Notes: generated by a model not told the origin, from the letters alone. A stretch of 64,000 nucleotides of DNA from Gammaproteobacteria bacterium (GCA_022340345.1 JAJDOE010000033.1:9122-73121), one strand, 5' to 3'; numbered from the stretch's first letter, positions 1 to 14,243 are shown. Translations and numbers: made by a program.

Positions 1-111
1 CATGAATTTTTTTAATACACGGCCAAATTTCGATAATCCCTCTAAATCCAAACGCCCCCAGCCGCTATACTGCGGTCCCCTTGGACCGCGAACCGATGTC
101 CCGGAATTCCC

Positions 112-2784
<2,673 letters not shown>

Positions 2785-2829
2785 CCCCGCTTCGCTCCGC
2801 TGCGTAGTAGACTGCGCGGCGGAGGTCGC

Positions 2830-4116
2830 ATGATATTTTCTGCCCACACCCGCCGGATCTCCGGATTCTCGCTGCTGCTGTCCTTATGGCTGCTATCACC
2901 CGCCAGCGTATCCGCCGCCTGCGATGCCGACGCCCGCCAGGCGAGTGGCTCCATCTATCGAATCTGCATGCCGGCACGAGCCTGGAACGGCGACCTGATG
3001 ATCTGGGCGCATGGTTTCCAGGCGGCCAATGAACCGGTTTCCATTCCGGAGGACCAGAACAACTTCGGCGGCATCCCGGTGAACGCGGTATTCAACGCCC
3101 TCGGTTTCGCCTTCGCCACCAACAGCTTCAGCAAAACCGGTCTGGCGGTTAACCAGGGCCGCCGGGACCTGCTCGACCTGGTGGAAATCTTTCGCCGAAA
3201 GAAGGGCACGCCGCGACGGGTTTATCTGCTGGGAGCCTCCGAGGGCGCCCTCATCAGCACCCTGTTGCTCGAACAGCACCCGGAAATATTTAACGCCGCG
3301 GTGGCCGCGTGCGGACCCCTGGCAAGTTTCCAGTCCCAGATCAACTATCTTGGCGATGCTCGCCTGCTTTTCGATGTGTTTTTTCCCGGGCTGATCCCGG
3401 GTGGCGCCTTTTCCGCGCCACGGGCGCTGGTGGATAACTGGCGCGGCTACCTGGACCAGGTTGTGCTGCCAGCGGTCCACGACTCCGGCTCACGTCCCGC
3501 CCTGGAGCAATGGCTGGCCGTGGCGGGGGTGCCGTTCGAGCACGGCGATTTCCAGGCCACGGTTCGTGAGGCGGTCGGTGATGTGTTGAGTTACGCGGTA
3601 ATCAACCAGCAGGACACCATAGATACGCTTGGCGGATTTCCTTACGAAAATCTGACTCGCGCGTACTCCGGCAGCACCGATGACCTGCGGTTGAATGCGC
3701 TGGTACCCCGCTATGGGGCGGATGCCGCCGCCCGGCGGGAAATCGATTCACGCTATACGACCAGCGGAACGCCGAGGCGGCCGCTGATCACATTGCATAC
3801 CCTGCGCGATCCGCTGGTCCCCTACTCGCAGACCCTTGGCTATCTGCAGCGCGCATGGGCAGCCGGCGCAGAACAGCAGCCGCTGCACTTTCCGGTGGAC
3901 CGCTTCGGTCACTGCAATTTTTCGTTCGCCGAGGTGTTGTTTGCGGTGCTTGTGATGCTGGTGGCCGACGGAAACACCGGTGCGTTGCAGCGGCTGGACC
4001 AGGCGCTTGCCCCCCGCCAGCTTGCACAGTTACGCAGCACAGCGCAGCATCATGGCTTTGGCGGGTCGCCGGCCAACTGGCCACGACCGGCGTGGTTGCC
4101 GCCGCGCGGCGATTGA
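2830..4116 (+). CDS. secreted alpha/beta-fold hydrolase (esterase/lipase-like), function unknown
   Basis: N-terminal signal peptide (LLLSLWLLSPASVSA); GxSxG nucleophile elbow GASEG; 428 aa; no specific family recognised. Confidence 0.55.
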   Translation: MIFSAHTRRISGFSLLLSLWLLSPASVSAACDADARQASGSIYRICMPARAWNGDLMIWAHGFQAANEPVSIPEDQNNFGGIPVNAVFNALGFAFATNSFSKTGLAVNQGRRDLLDLVEIFRRKKGTPRRVYLLGASEGALISTLLLEQHPEIFNAAVAACGPLASFQSQINYLGDARLLFDVFFPGLIPGGAFSAPRALVDNWRGYLDQVVLPAVHDSGSRPALEQWLAVAGVPFEHGDFQATVREAVGDVLSYAVINQQDTIDTLGGFPYENLTRAYSGSTDDLRLNALVPRYGADAAARREIDSRYTTSGTPRRPLITLHTLRDPLVPYSQTLGYLQRAWAAGAEQQPLHFPVDRFGHCNFSFAEVLFAVLVMLVADGNTGALQRLDQALAPRQLAQLRSTAQHHGFGGSPANWPRPAWLPPRGD

Positions 4117-4176
4117 AAACCGGGCGGATTGCCCCCATTACTAACCCGATTTGGCCTTTCTGGAGGAGCTCCTATC

Positions 4177-5097
4177 ATGGAACAGTACGGTGTTCTCGTT
4201 CTCGTCCTTATCGTTGTTGCGGCATTCCTCTTATTTAAGTATGTACGCATCGTTCCCCAAGGTATGGAGTACACCAAGGAGCGCCTTGGTAAGTATCAAA
4301 AAACCCTGACGCCCGGTTTTCACCTGCTGGTCCCCATCGTCGAGCGGGTTGGCGCCAAGGTCAACATGAAAGAGCGCGTGCTGGACGTGCCATCCCAGGA
4401 AGTGATTACCAAGGACAATGCCGTGGTACGTGTAGACGGCGTGGTTTTTTTCCAGGTGCTGGATGCCGCGAAAGCGACCTACGAGGTAAACAACCTGGAG
4501 CATGCGACGCTCAATCTCACCATGACCAATATCCGTACCGTGCTGGGTTCCATGGACCTGGACGAGAGCCTTTCCAAGCGGGACGAGATCAACCACAGCC
4601 TGCTGCGGGTAGTGGATGACGCTACCAATCCGTGGGGCATCAAGGTCACCCGCATCGAGATCAAGGACATTGCGCCGCCCCAGGACCTGGTGGATGCCAT
4701 GGCCCGCCAGATGAAGGCGGAGCGGGAAAAGCGAGCCAACATTCTCGAGGCCGAAGGCTTCCGCCAGGCGGCGATCCTCAAGGCCGAGGGCGAGAAGCAG
4801 GCCGCGGTGCTGGAGGCCGAAGGCCGAAAGGAGGCCGCGTTCCGAGACGCCGAAGCCCGGGAACGCCTCGCGGGCGCGGAGGCCAAGGCCACCGAGGTCG
4901 TGTCAGCGGCCATCGCCAGTGGCGACATCAACGCGGTGAACTACTTCGTGGCACAGAAGTACATGGATGCACTGGCGACCATCGGTTCCGCCGAGAACGA
5001 AAAAGTGCTGTTCCTGCCGCTGGAGGCGAGTAGCGTCATCGGTGCCATCGGTGGCATCGCGGAAATCGCCAAGGAGGCGGGGAAGGCGCGGTCATGA
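4177..5097 (+). CDS. qmcA: SPFH/band-7 (stomatin-like) membrane protein, QmcA-like
   Basis: Strong similarity by eye to E. coli QmcA/YbbK (TM helix then VPQG..ERLGKY..., [25 protein letters not shown]..., [15 protein letters not shown] repeats); ATG at 4177 preceded by GGAGGAG RBS. Confidence 0.85.
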   Translation: MEQYGVLVLVLIVVAAFLLFKYVRIVPQGMEYTKERLGKYQKTLTPGFHLLVPIVERVGAKVNMKERVLDVPSQEVITKDNAVVRVDGVVFFQVLDAAKATYEVNNLEHATLNLTMTNIRTVLGSMDLDESLSKRDEINHSLLRVVDDATNPWGIKVTRIEIKDIAPPQDLVDAMARQMKAEREKRANILEAEGFRQAAILKAEGEKQAAVLEAEGRKEAAFRDAEARERLAGAEAKATEVVSAAIASGDINAVNYFVAQKYMDALATIGSAENEKVLFLPLEASSVIGAIGGIAEIAKEAGKARS

Positions 5098-5561
5098 TGG
5101 AGTTCCTGACGACCTGGACCCACTGGCACTGGTGGACCGTGGCGGCGGTGCTGATCCTGCTGGAGATGGCGGCACCGGGAATCTTTTTCCTGTGGCTCGG
5201 CCTGGCGGCGGTGGTGGTAGGCGCGCTGGCGCTGGTCGCGCCGGGCCTGGGCATTGAAATCCAGGGCCTGCTGTTCGCGGTCCTCTCGGTGGCGGCGGTG
5301 GTGGTCGGGCGCATGTACTGGAAGCGCACCCAGGAAGGTCCCACCGACCAGCCGTTTCTGAACCGCCGCGGCAGTCAGTACGTGGACCGGGTATTCCACC
5401 TGAAGGCACCCATCGTGGATGGCGTTGGCAAGCTCAACGCGGACGACACGACCTGGAAAGTGCGCGGCCCGGATGTCGATGCCGGTACCCGTGTGCGGGT
5501 CACCCGCGTCGACGGCACCTGGCTGGTGGTCGAGCCGGCCGGCGAAAAACCCTCCGCCTGA
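5094..5561 (+). CDS. NfeD-family membrane protein (partner of SPFH protein)
   Basis: Start ATG overlaps the qmcA stop (ATGATGG); two TM helices plus a C-terminal OB-fold-like segment ([27 protein letters not shown]), typical of the short NfeD/YbbJ form. Confidence 0.8.
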   Translation: MMEFLTTWTHWHWWTVAAVLILLEMAAPGIFFLWLGLAAVVVGALALVAPGLGIEIQGLLFAVLSVAAVVVGRMYWKRTQEGPTDQPFLNRRGSQYVDRVFHLKAPIVDGVGKLNADDTTWKVRGPDVDAGTRVRVTRVDGTWLVVEPAGEKPSA

Positions 5562-5564
5562 CGC

Positions 5565-6425
5565 TCAGGTGGCGTTGACTTCCCGCCACACCCGCGCACT
5601 GGGTTGTGCGCGGTTGAGCGTATAGAAGTGCAATCCCGGTACGCCGCCTTCCAGCAGGCGGCGTACCAGCTCCGTGGTCACCTCCTCGCCGAATTTCCGC
5701 AGACTCTGCAAATCGTTCGCATAGGTCTCCAGCCGGCGGCGGATCCAGCGTGGGATTTCCGCGCCGCAGGTGTCCGAGAAGCGCACCAGTTGCTCGAAGT
5801 TGGTGATCGGCATGATCCCGGGAACCACGGCTATCTCCACCCCCAGCGTCCGCAGGCTGTCCAGAAAACGGAAGTAGGCGTCCGCGTTGTAGAAATACTG
5901 CGTAATCGCTGAGTCCGCCCCGGCCTCGACCTTGCGGCGGAAATTCTCCAGGTCCGCGGCGGCGCTGGCGGCCTGGGGATGAAACTCCGGGTAGCAGGCC
6001 ACCTCGATGTGAAATTGATCGCCGGTTTCCGCGCGAATGAAAGCCACCAGTTCATTGGCGTAGCGAAACGTACCGGGGGTGGTGCCCATCCCGGACGGGA
6101 GATCACCACGCAACGCCACCAGCCTGCGAATCCCGGCATCCCGATAGCGGAGCAGCAGCTCGCGGATGCTTTCGGTGGTAGAGCCAACGCAGGAGATGTG
6201 TGGCGCCACTTCGGTTCCGGTACGTGCGCGGATATCCTCCACCGTTTCGCAGGTCAGGTCGCGGGTGCTGCCGCCGGCGCCGAAAGTTACCGAGTAAAAG
6301 CGCGGATGCAGGTCCCCGAGCACATCACATGCGTCGCGCAGATTCTCGAGGCCCTGCTCGGTACGCGGTGGAAAGAACTCGAAGCTGAGTTGGAAGTCCG
6401 TCATAAAATCGCGAGCCCACCGCAC
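5565..6425 (-). CDS. metF: 5,10-methylenetetrahydrofolate reductase
   Basis: LSFEFFPPRTEQG...SVTFGAGGSTRD...ALRGDLP motifs align with E. coli MetF. Start is either the ATG at 6425 or the ATG at 6404 (MTDFQ). Confidence 0.9.
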   Translation of the reverse strand: MRWARDFMTDFQLSFEFFPPRTEQGLENLRDACDVLGDLHPRFYSVTFGAGGSTRDLTCETVEDIRARTGTEVAPHISCVGSTTESIRELLLRYRDAGIRRLVALRGDLPSGMGTTPGTFRYANELVAFIRAETGDQFHIEVACYPEFHPQAASAAADLENFRRKVEAGADSAITQYFYNADAYFRFLDSLRTLGVEIAVVPGIMPITNFEQLVRFSDTCGAEIPRWIRRRLETYANDLQSLRKFGEEVTTELVRRLLEGGVPGLHFYTLNRAQPSARVWREVNAT

Positions 6426-6442
6426 GGTGGGCTCGCTCTCGT

Positions 6443-7858
6443 TTAGTACCGGTAATGTTCCGGCTTGTAGGGTCCGTCGACGGGCACGTTGATGTAGTCC
6501 GCCTGGTCCTTGCGCAGCTCGGTGAGATGCACGCCGAGTTTCTTCAGGTGCAGTCGCGCGACCTGCTCGTCGAGCTTTTTGGGCAGCGTGTAGACCTGAT
6601 TCTGGTATTTGTCCTGGTTATTGAACAGTTCCATCTGCGCCAATACCTGATTGGTAAAGGAGTTGGACATGACGAAACTCGGGTGACCCGTAGCGCAACC
6701 CAGGTTCACCAGGCGACCCTCCGCCAGCAGGATGATGCGGCGTCCATCGGGAAAGATGATGTGGTCCACCTGGGGCTTGATGTTCTCCCACGGGTACTTG
6801 CGCAGCCCGGCCACGTCGATCTCGTTGTCGAAGTGCCCGATATTGCACACGATGGCCTGGTCCTTCATGCGCACCATCTGGTCGTGGCTGATGACGTGGT
6901 AGTTGCCCGTGGCGGTGACGAAGATGTCCGCCTGGTCCGCGGCTTCCTCCATGGTCACTACCCGGTATCCCTCCATGGCCGCCTGCAGCGCGCAGATGGG
7001 ATCGATCTCGGTCACCCACACGGTGGCTCCGAGTCCGCGCAGGGATTGCGCGCAGCCCTTGCCCACATCGCCGTAACCGCACACCAGCGCAATCTTGCCG
7101 GCGATCATTACGTCCGTGGCCCGTTTGATGCCGTCCACCAGTGACTCGCGGCAGCCGTAGAGGTTGTCGAACTTGGATTTGGTTACCGAGTCGTTGACGT
7201 TGAAGGCGGGAAACGGAAGTTCGCCGGCCCGCTGCATTTCGTACAGGCGATGCACGCCGGTGGTGGTCTCCTCGGTTACGCCGCGAATGTTCTCGCGAAT
7301 GCTGGAATACCAGCCGGGCTTCTCCGCGAGCCGGACGCGGATCGCCTTGAAGAGCGCGGTTTCTTCCTCGCTGGTGGGATTATCGAGCACGCTCGGATCC
7401 TTCTCGGCCCGTGCCCCGAGGATCACCAGCAACGTGGCGTCGCCACCGTCATCAAGGATCATGTTCGGCGTGCCGCCATCGGCCCATTCGAAAATGCGGT
7501 GGGAATATTCCCAATACTCGTCCAGGGTCTCGCCCTTGTAGGCAAACACCGGCGTGCCGCCGGCGGCGATCGCCGCGGCGGCGTGGTCCTGGGTGGAAAA
7601 GATATTGCACGAAGCCCAGCGGACCTCGGCCCCCAGGGCCTGCAGGCTCTCAATCAGCACCGCTGTCTGGATAGTCATGTGCAGGGAGCCGGCAATGCGT
7701 GCTCCCTTCAGCGGCTGACGGGCCTGATACTCCTGGCGGGTCGCCATCAGGCCCGGCATTTCGGTCTCGGCAATGGCGATTTCCTTGCGGCCGAAATCGG
7801 CCAGCGAAAGGTCGGCGACGTGAAAGTCGGTGCGAGCGGACTCAGCGGTAGCGCTCAT
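6443..7858 (-). CDS. ahcY: adenosylhomocysteinase (S-adenosyl-L-homocysteine hydrolase)
   Basis: [38 protein letters not shown]... and an NAD-binding region ([11 protein letters not shown]), typical of bacterial AhcY. The ORF-track start at 8068 is an N-terminal over-extension; the real ATG is at 7858. Confidence 0.93.
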   Translation of the reverse strand: MSATAESARTDFHVADLSLADFGRKEIAIAETEMPGLMATRQEYQARQPLKGARIAGSLHMTIQTAVLIESLQALGAEVRWASCNIFSTQDHAAAAIAAGGTPVFAYKGETLDEYWEYSHRIFEWADGGTPNMILDDGGDATLLVILGARAEKDPSVLDNPTSEEETALFKAIRVRLAEKPGWYSSIRENIRGVTEETTTGVHRLYEMQRAGELPFPAFNVNDSVTKSKFDNLYGCRESLVDGIKRATDVMIAGKIALVCGYGDVGKGCAQSLRGLGATVWVTEIDPICALQAAMEGYRVVTMEEAADQADIFVTATGNYHVISHDQMVRMKDQAIVCNIGHFDNEIDVAGLRKYPWENIKPQVDHIIFPDGRRIILLAEGRLVNLGCATGHPSFVMSNSFTNQVLAQMELFNNQDKYQNQVYTLPKKLDEQVARLHLKKLGVHLTELRKDQADYINVPVDGPYKPEHYRY

Positions 7859-7879
7859 CTCGGGAACCTCGTGTTCAAT

Positions 7880-7968
7880 AAAGTTCGGGAGCGCCGTTGC
7901 TACCCTCCGTGGATTCGCCCGAGCCTGGCCCGATCCTGTGTCGGGTTGCAGCGCCCCTCGGGCATGGA
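7880..7968 (-). ncRNA. probable SAH (S-adenosylhomocysteine) riboswitch in the ahcY 5' leader
   Basis: Minus-strand leader reads ...CCGAGGGGCGCUGCAACCCGACACAGGAUCGGGCCAGGCUCGGGCGAAUCCACGGAGGGUAGCAACGGCGCUCCCGAAC..., matching my recollection of the SAH-riboswitch conserved blocks (GAGGnGCGCUGC ... AGGCUCGG ... AACGGCGCUC); located directly upstream of ahcY-metF, the canonical context. Confidence 0.55.
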
Positions 7969-8097
7969 GGGTTGCACGGAGTATAGGAAGCCACGGCGTG
8001 TCAGGCAAGCTCCCGTGGATGGCGCGTGCCGTTCTTGACTTGGGCGCCTGCGGGGGGCGAGCATGCACAAAAGTTTTTCAAGGAGATTCGAGGCGGA

Positions 8098-8876
8098 TGA
8101 AAGGCATCCTGAAAGTTGTTCTGGCTCTGGCGGCGGTGATTGGCATTGCGGTAGGTGCGGTATTCCTGTTTACCGCGGATATGGTGGACGTGGCGGACCG
8201 GTTTTTCAGCGCGGTCCGCGCCAATAACCTGCAGCAGGCCACGGGCTACCTGTCGGCGGATTTCCGCCGGGCTACCAACGACCAGCAGCTGGCTGCCTTC
8301 CTCCAGGCCAACGGGCTGGACCGGGTGAAAAGTGAAAGCTGGAGTTCACGAACGGTGGACGGTTCGCGCGGCACGCTCAAGGGAACAGCGATGACCGATA
8401 CGGGCGCGGTGCCCCTGACCATGATTTTTGTGAAAACCGGATCGGACTGGCTGATCCATACAATCCGCAAGCCCCAGGCCGGCGCCCAGGTGCAGGGGTC
8501 GCGGCCCGCGGTGGCGATACCCGCACCGAAGGTTCTGCAGCAGATGGCGGATGACACGATACATGCATTTGCCCTGGCGGTGCAGGCAAAAAGCATGAAG
8601 GGCTTTTATGCCGGAATCTCCAAAGCGTGGCAGGACCAGACCACGCCGGAAAAGCTTGACGAAGTTTTCAAGCCGTTTTTCGAATCCGGGATGGACCTGA
8701 CCAAGCTGCGTCCTCTCAAGCCCGGAATCAAAACACGCAAGGGCCTGGATAAGAACGGTGTTTTGACCGTGGATGGCAGTTACAACACGAAGCCGAAAAC
8801 CGTCAGCTTCGAGCAGAAATTCATCTTCGAGAATGGCGCCTGGAAACTGCTGGGCATCCGGGTAAATGTGAAATAG
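8098..8876 (+). CDS. hypothetical membrane-anchored protein with two NTF2-like/DUF-type repeats
   Basis: ATG at 8098 (MKGILKVVLALAAVIGIAVGAVFLF, a TM anchor) followed by two related ~100-aa domains (...GSDWLIHTI / ...GAWKLLGIRV). The ORF-track start at 7830 overlaps ahcY and is rejected. Confidence 0.6.
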
Positions 8877-8944
8877 ATTTCCCGCGGAGCTGCCGGCGTA
8901 GCTCGCAAACGCAACCGCTAAATCACCGCCGGTTAAGCTGAACA

Positions 8945-8977
8945 ACAAAAAAGGGCCGCATCGCGGCCCTTTTTTGC
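8945..8977. terminator. bidirectional Rho-independent terminator between convergent genes
   Basis: AAAAAAGGGCCGCATCGCGGCCCTTTTTTG: a perfect GC stem flanked by A-run and T-run, serving the 8098..8876 gene (+) and metK (-). Confidence 0.7.
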
Positions 8978-8994
8978 TGGTGTTTTGCTGAAGG

Positions 8995-10176
8995 TCAGGC
9001 GACCGCACTCAGCCCGGCAGCGTCACGAAGCTCGTCCGCCTTGTCCGTGTTTTCCCAGGTAAAACCATCCCCGCTGCGGCCAAAATGACCGTAGGCCGCC
9101 GTTTGCTGGAATACCGGACGAAGCAGATTGAGCTGCTGGATGATCGCCTTGGGCCGAAGATCGAAGTGGGCGCGGATCAGGCCCGCGATGCGCTCTTCGT
9201 CGATGGCGCCGGTACCAAAGGTATTCACCATCAGCGACACCGGCTGGGCAACGCCGATGGCGTAGGCCACCTGCACTTCGCAGCGTTCCGCCAGCCCGGC
9301 GGCTACCACGTTTTTGGCCACGTAACGCATGGCGTAGGCCGCCGAGCGGTCCACCTTGGAGGGGTCCTTGCCGGAAAATGCGCCACCGCCGTGGTGTGCA
9401 GAACCGCCGTAGGTATCCACAATTATTTTTCGCCCGGTAAGGCCGCAGTCTCCGACCGGCCCTCCGATAACGAAACGTCCGGTGGGGTTAACCAGGAAGC
9501 GTGTGTCCTGGCTGACCATGTCCACGGGCAGCACCGGGCGGATGATTTCCTCGATTACCGCCTGGCTGAGTTCCTTGTGGGATACGTCCGGGTGGTGCTG
9601 GGTGGACAGCACCACGGTGTCCACCGCCACCGGGCGACCGCCCTCGTAGCGCACGCTGACCTGGGACTTGGCGTCCGGCCGCAGCCAGGGCAGCTTGCCG
9701 GCCTTGCGGACCTCCGCCTGGCGGCGTACCAGCAGGTGGCTGTAGTGGATCGGGAACGGCATGAGTACTTCGGTCTCGTTACAGGCGAAACCGAACATTA
9801 GCCCCTGGTCGCCGGCGCCCTGTTCCAGGTCCACGCCCTCGCCCTCGTTCACTCCCTGTGCGATGTCTGAGCTCTGCCGGTCCAGCGCCACCAGCACTGC
9901 GCAGCTGGCATAGTCAAAGCCCATTTCGGATGAGTCGTAGCCGATCTCCCTTACGGTGGAACGCACGACCTCGGTGTAATCGACCACCGCGCGGGTGGTG
10001 ATCTCACCGGAAAGGACCACCATTCCGGTATTCACCAGGGTTTCACAGGCAACACGCGAGTGGGGATCCTGGGCCAGCAGCGCGTCGAGTACGCCGTCGG
10101 AGATCTGGTCCGCCATTTTGTCCGGATGTCCTTCGGACACGGACTCGGAAGTGAACAGGTAGTTCTGGGGCAGCAT
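8995..10176 (-). CDS. metK: S-adenosylmethionine synthetase
   Basis: [34 protein letters not shown]... is nearly invariant MetK sequence; GGGAFSGKD motif present; 393 aa from the ATG at 10176. Confidence 0.95.
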   Translation of the reverse strand: MLPQNYLFTSESVSEGHPDKMADQISDGVLDALLAQDPHSRVACETLVNTGMVVLSGEITTRAVVDYTEVVRSTVREIGYDSSEMGFDYASCAVLVALDRQSSDIAQGVNEGEGVDLEQGAGDQGLMFGFACNETEVLMPFPIHYSHLLVRRQAEVRKAGKLPWLRPDAKSQVSVRYEGGRPVAVDTVVLSTQHHPDVSHKELSQAVIEEIIRPVLPVDMVSQDTRFLVNPTGRFVIGGPVGDCGLTGRKIIVDTYGGSAHHGGGAFSGKDPSKVDRSAAYAMRYVAKNVVAAGLAERCEVQVAYAIGVAQPVSLMVNTFGTGAIDEERIAGLIRAHFDLRPKAIIQQLNLLRPVFQQTAAYGHFGRSGDGFTWENTDKADELRDAAGLSAVA

Positions 10177-10323
10177 GGAAACAGGCTCCGGGGTGGTTTT
10201 CGGGGCGGAAACGACCGGCAATTCTAACACAAGGCCGGAGGGCGCAGTTTTCCGGAGTGATCCGGGCGAAAAACGGGAGCAGCCGGAAACCCCCGGCTTC
10301 CGGGTTCCGGTGGCTTCTTCAGC

Positions 10324-11715
10324 TCAAACTTTGCCGTCCAGCTCCAGTTCCTTGAGCTTGCGGGTCAGGGTGTTTCGCCCCCAGCCCAGGCGCCGCGCGG
10401 CCTCCTGTTTGTGGCCGCCGGTGAAGCGCAGTGCCTCCTCCAGCAGGATACGGTCAAAGCGTGCCCCCAGGCGTCCCACCAGCTCGCGCTCACCGCCCGC
10501 CAGGGCACGCTGCACCTGTTCGCGGAACACCGGTTCCCAGTTGTCGGTAGCGCCCTTGCGGGTGACGGCGATGTCCGGCGGCAGGTCCTCGACGCCGATG
10601 ACCTGGCCGGGCGCCATCACGGTCAGCCAGCGGCAGACGTTTTCCAGCTGGCGCACGTTGCCGGGCCACTCCTGCGCCGCCAGCTGCTGAGCTGCGGCCT
10701 GGTCGAGCTGCTTGACCTCCACCCGCAGTTCTTCCGCGCTGCGTTTGAGGAAGTGCTCGGCGAGCGGTGCGATATCCTCTCGCCGCTGGCGCAGGGGTGG
10801 CAGGTCGATGCGGATCACGTTCAGGCGGTGGAACAGGTCCTCGCGGAAACCCCCTTCGCGCACCCGGCGTTCCAGGTCCTGGTTGGTGGCGGCGATAATG
10901 CGAACGTCGGTCTCCACCTGGTCGTGACCACCCACGCGGTAGAAGCGGCCATCCGCCAGTACCCGTAGCAGGCGGGTCTGCAGGTCCGCCGGCATGTCGC
11001 CGATCTCGTCCAGCAGCAGGGTGCCGCCGTTGGCCTGTTCGAAGCGGCCCTTGCGCTGGGTGTGGGCGCCGGTAAAGGCTCCGCGCTCGTGGCCGAACAA
11101 TTCCGACTCCAGCAGTTCGGCAGGAACCGCGGCAATATTGATGGCCACAAAAGGCTTGGCAGCACGTGGGCTATGGTTGTGCAGGGCGCGGGCTACCAGT
11201 TCCTTGCCGGTACCGGACTCGCCCATCAGCAGCACGCTCACGTGGGAGCGGGACAGGCGGCCGATCGCGCGGAACAGGTCCTGCATCGCCGGTGCTTTGC
11301 CGATGAGCTCCGGAACCGCGGCCACCGCGGCCACCGGGCGCGGTTCCTTTTCCCGCTGTTCCAGCGCCCGGCGGGCCAGGCGCACCGCTTCGTCCACGTC
11401 GAAAGGCTTGGGCAGGTACTCGAAGGCTCCGCTGCGGTAGGACGCCACCGCGCTGTCCAGATCGGTATGAGCCGTGATCACAATCACCGGAATCCGCGGG
11501 GACCGCTGGTGGATCTCCTGCATCAGCTCCAGCCCGCTACTGCCCGGCATGCGGATATCCGTGATGATGACATCGGGCACTTCCGAATCCAGTTGTTCCA
11601 GCACCCCCTTGGGGCCGGAAAAGGCGCGCACCGTCCAGCCGTCCCGGGTCAGGGACCGCTCCAGCACCCAGCGGATCGAGTCGTCATCATCGATGACCCA
11701 TGCGGTGTCAGGCAT
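10324..11715 (-). CDS. ntrC: nitrogen regulation response regulator NtrC (sigma54-dependent, NR-I)
   Basis: Receiver domain ([14 protein letters not shown]...), AAA+ sigma54-activator domain ([21 protein letters not shown] loop) and C-terminal HTH; 463 aa. Confidence 0.93.
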   Translation of the reverse strand: MPDTAWVIDDDDSIRWVLERSLTRDGWTVRAFSGPKGVLEQLDSEVPDVIITDIRMPGSSGLELMQEIHQRSPRIPVIVITAHTDLDSAVASYRSGAFEYLPKPFDVDEAVRLARRALEQREKEPRPVAAVAAVPELIGKAPAMQDLFRAIGRLSRSHVSVLLMGESGTGKELVARALHNHSPRAAKPFVAINIAAVPAELLESELFGHERGAFTGAHTQRKGRFEQANGGTLLLDEIGDMPADLQTRLLRVLADGRFYRVGGHDQVETDVRIIAATNQDLERRVREGGFREDLFHRLNVIRIDLPPLRQRREDIAPLAEHFLKRSAEELRVEVKQLDQAAAQQLAAQEWPGNVRQLENVCRWLTVMAPGQVIGVEDLPPDIAVTRKGATDNWEPVFREQVQRALAGGERELVGRLGARFDRILLEEALRFTGGHKQEAARRLGWGRNTLTRKLKELELDGKV

Positions 11716-12775
11716 GTTCCGCCTCCACCGGAAGGTAAATGGAAAACACGGTGCGTCCGGGTTCGCTGGTACAGGTAATCAGGCCATCGTGACGCTGAAT
11801 GATTTCCTGCGCGATGGCGAGTCCCAGGCCAGTGCCGCGCGCCTTGCCGGTGACCATGGGCAGGAAAACCCGATCCCGCAGGCTCTCCTCGATGCCGGGC
11901 CCGTTATCCTCGATGTCACAGCGCACCACCAGGCGATGCAGGCGGGTGCCGATCACGAACTGGCGATGTGCGCGGGTGCGCACGGTGATCCGGCCGCTTC
12001 GCTCCACCGCTTCGGCGGCGTTGCGCAGTACGTTGAGCAGCGCCTGGGTGAGCTGCTCGGAGTCGCCACGGCAGCGCGGCAGGCTGGGGTCATAGTCGCG
12101 CACCACGCTCATTACATTGGGGAACTCCGCCTCGATCAGGCGCCGCACGTGCTCCAGCAGCCGGTGCAGGTTGAGACTTTCATTCTGCGGCGGTTTGCTG
12201 GAACCCATGATTCGGTCCACCAGGTTCCGCAACCGGTCCGCCTCGTGGATGATGATGCGCGTGTATTCTTTCAGCTCGCGGCTACCGAGCTCGGCTTCGA
12301 GCAACTGGGCCGCACCCCGCAGCCCCCCGAGGGGATTTTTGATTTCGTGTGCCAGCCCACGCATGACCACGCGGTTGCTGGCCTGCTGACTGAGGAGCTG
12401 CGCGCCGCGGGCCAGGCGCTGGTCCAGTGCGTGAATTTCGACCACCGCCGTGCAGGCCCCGAGCGGCGGGGTCTGGGGACTGATGGTGAAATCGGCGCTG
12501 AAGATCTCGTGGCCGGCGCCGGTGAGCTGCACCGCGCGCGCGGTGTAGCGACTGCCGTCGGCCACCGCCTGGCGCAAGGTGTCCACCAACGCCGGGTCGT
12601 GCAGCAGATCCGCCAGTGGCTGGCCACGGGCCTGGCGAGTGGACACCCCCAGCAATTCCTGGGCGGCGGCGTTCATGGCCAGCAGTTGCATTTCTCCATC
12701 CAGGCACAGCACCCCGGTGGCCAGGCCATCCGCGAGTCCGTCGGTATCCGAGACCAGGGGAGTGTTTTGCACCAA
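11708..12775 (-). CDS. ntrB: nitrogen regulation sensor histidine kinase NtrB (NR-II)
   Basis: PAS-like N-terminus, H-box (GLAHEIKNPLGGLRGAAQLL) and HATPase (GTGLGLAIAQEI); 355 aa; overlaps the ntrC start by 8 nt. Confidence 0.9.
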   Translation of the reverse strand: MVQNTPLVSDTDGLADGLATGVLCLDGEMQLLAMNAAAQELLGVSTRQARGQPLADLLHDPALVDTLRQAVADGSRYTARAVQLTGAGHEIFSADFTISPQTPPLGACTAVVEIHALDQRLARGAQLLSQQASNRVVMRGLAHEIKNPLGGLRGAAQLLEAELGSRELKEYTRIIIHEADRLRNLVDRIMGSSKPPQNESLNLHRLLEHVRRLIEAEFPNVMSVVRDYDPSLPRCRGDSEQLTQALLNVLRNAAEAVERSGRITVRTRAHRQFVIGTRLHRLVVRCDIEDNGPGIEESLRDRVFLPMVTGKARGTGLGLAIAQEIIQRHDGLITCTSEPGRTVFSIYLPVEAEHA

Positions 12776-12790
12776 AACAGTGCAGGCTGG

Positions 12791-12822
12791 GGCAAAAGAA
12801 CGCCCCCGGAGTGGGGGCGTTC
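12791..12822 (-). terminator. partial intrinsic terminator between glnA and ntrB
   Basis: Minus strand GAACGCCCCCactccGGGGGCGTTC hairpin followed by TCTTTTGCCCC; the typical leaky terminator after glnA. Confidence 0.55.
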
Positions 12823-12833
12823 CGCCGTGCCTG

Positions 12834-14243
12834 TCAGATGCTGTAGTACATGTCGAACTCGACCGGGTGAGTGGTCATGCGGAATCGCGTGACCTCCTCC
12901 ATCTTCAGGCCGATGTAGGCGTCGATGGAGTCATCCGTGAATACGCCACCGGCCTTGAGGTACTCCCGGTCCTGGTCGAGGGCCTCCAGGGCCCCTTCCA
13001 GCGAGGCCGCAACGGTGGGAATGGTCTTCGCCTCCTCCGGCGGCAGGTCGTACAGGTCCTTGTCCATGGCTTCCCCCGGGTGGATCTTGTTCTGGATCCC
13101 GTCCAGGCCGGCCATCATCAGGGCGGCGAAGGTGAAATACGGGTTGCCGGCGGCGTCCGGAAAGCGCACCTCAATCCGCCGTGCCTTGGGGCTGGAGACG
13201 TAGGGGATACGAATGGATGCGGAGCGGTTGCGCGCCGAGTAGGCGAGCATGACCGGCGCCTCGAATCCCGGAACCAGGCGCTTGTAGGAATTGGTGGAGC
13301 CGTTGGTGAAGGCGTTCAGGGAGCGGGCATGCTTGAGGATGCCGCCGATGTAGTACAGGGCGGTCTCGCTCAGGTTGCCGTACTCGTCGCCGGCGAAGAT
13401 GTTGTTGCCGTCCTTGCTCAGGGACTGGTGCACGTGCATGCCGCTGCCGTTGTCTCCGACCAGGGGCTTGGGCATGAAGGTGGCGGTCTTCCCATACTGG
13501 TGGGCAACGTTGTGCACGCAGTACTTGAGGATCTGGTTGTGGTCGGCGCGCACTACCAGGGAGTTGAACAGGGTGCCGATCTCGCACTGGCCGGCGGTGG
13601 CCACTTCGTGGTGGTGCACCTCGGTCATCACGCCCATCTCCTCCATGGCCGCACACATGGCGGAGCGCAGGTCCTGAAGGGAATCCACCGGCGGCACCGG
13701 GAAGTAACCGCCCTTGAGGCCCGGCCGGTGACCGATGTTTCCGTCCTCGAAAACCTTTTCCGAGTTCCAGGAGGCCTCGTCGGAATCGACCTTGTAGAAG
13801 GCGCCGCCCATGTTGGCACCCCAGCGCACGTCGTCGAACACGAAGAACTCCGGCTCCGGACCGAAGTACGCGGTATCCGCCACGCCGGTACTCTTCAGGT
13901 AGGCCTCGGCACGCTTGCCGATGGTGCGCGGGCAGCGATCGTAGCCCTGCATGGTGTTGGGCTCGACGATGTCGCAGCGCAGGATCAGGGTCGGCTCCTC
14001 GATGAACGGGTCCATCACCGCAGTGGAGGGATCCGGCATCAGGATCATGTCCGACTCGTTGATGCCCTTCCATCCGGCGATGGAAGAACCGTCGAACATC
14101 TTTCCCTCCTCGAACAGGCTCTCATCGACCGTGTGGGTGGGAACGGAAACGTGCTGTTCCTTGCCGCGGGAATCGGTAAAACGGAAATCGACGTACTTGG
14201 CGTTTTCTTCCTTGATCATCTTCAGGACGTTGTCAGCAGACAT
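12834..14243 (-). CDS. glnA: glutamine synthetase type I
   Basis: [35 protein letters not shown]... and the GS-I signature throughout; 469 aa. Confidence 0.95.
   Translation of the reverse strand: MSADNVLKMIKEENAKYVDFRFTDSRGKEQHVSVPTHTVDESLFEEGKMFDGSSIAGWKGINESDMILMPDPSTAVMDPFIEEPTLILRCDIVEPNTMQGYDRCPRTIGKRAEAYLKSTGVADTAYFGPEPEFFVFDDVRWGANMGGAFYKVDSDEASWNSEKVFEDGNIGHRPGLKGGYFPVPPVDSLQDLRSAMCAAMEEMGVMTEVHHHEVATAGQCEIGTLFNSLVVRADHNQILKYCVHNVAHQYGKTATFMPKPLVGDNGSGMHVHQSLSKDGNNIFAGDEYGNLSETALYYIGGILKHARSLNAFTNGSTNSYKRLVPGFEAPVMLAYSARNRSASIRIPYVSSPKARRIEVRFPDAAGNPYFTFAALMMAGLDGIQNKIHPGEAMDKDLYDLPPEEAKTIPTVAASLEGALEALDQDREYLKAGGVFTDDSIDAYIGLKMEEVTRFRMTTHPVEFDMYYSI

Noticed and set aside
7830-8097. 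ORF-track N-terminal extensions of ahcY (to 8068) and of the 8098..8876 gene (back to 7830).
   Set aside because: The extensions overlap each other and the putative SAH riboswitch. Internal ATGs at 7858 and 8098 give protein N-termini that match homolog lengths.
10177-10323. Looked for a SAM-II/SAM riboswitch or MetJ boxes upstream of metK.
   Set aside because: No convincing match to the SAM-II core or to AGACGTCT MetJ boxes. The interval mostly contains a GC hairpin plus T-run consistent with the ntrC terminator (GCCGGAAACCCCCGGCTTCCGGGTTCCGG ... CCGTTTTTCG on the minus strand), not claimed as a feature because the stem is imperfect.
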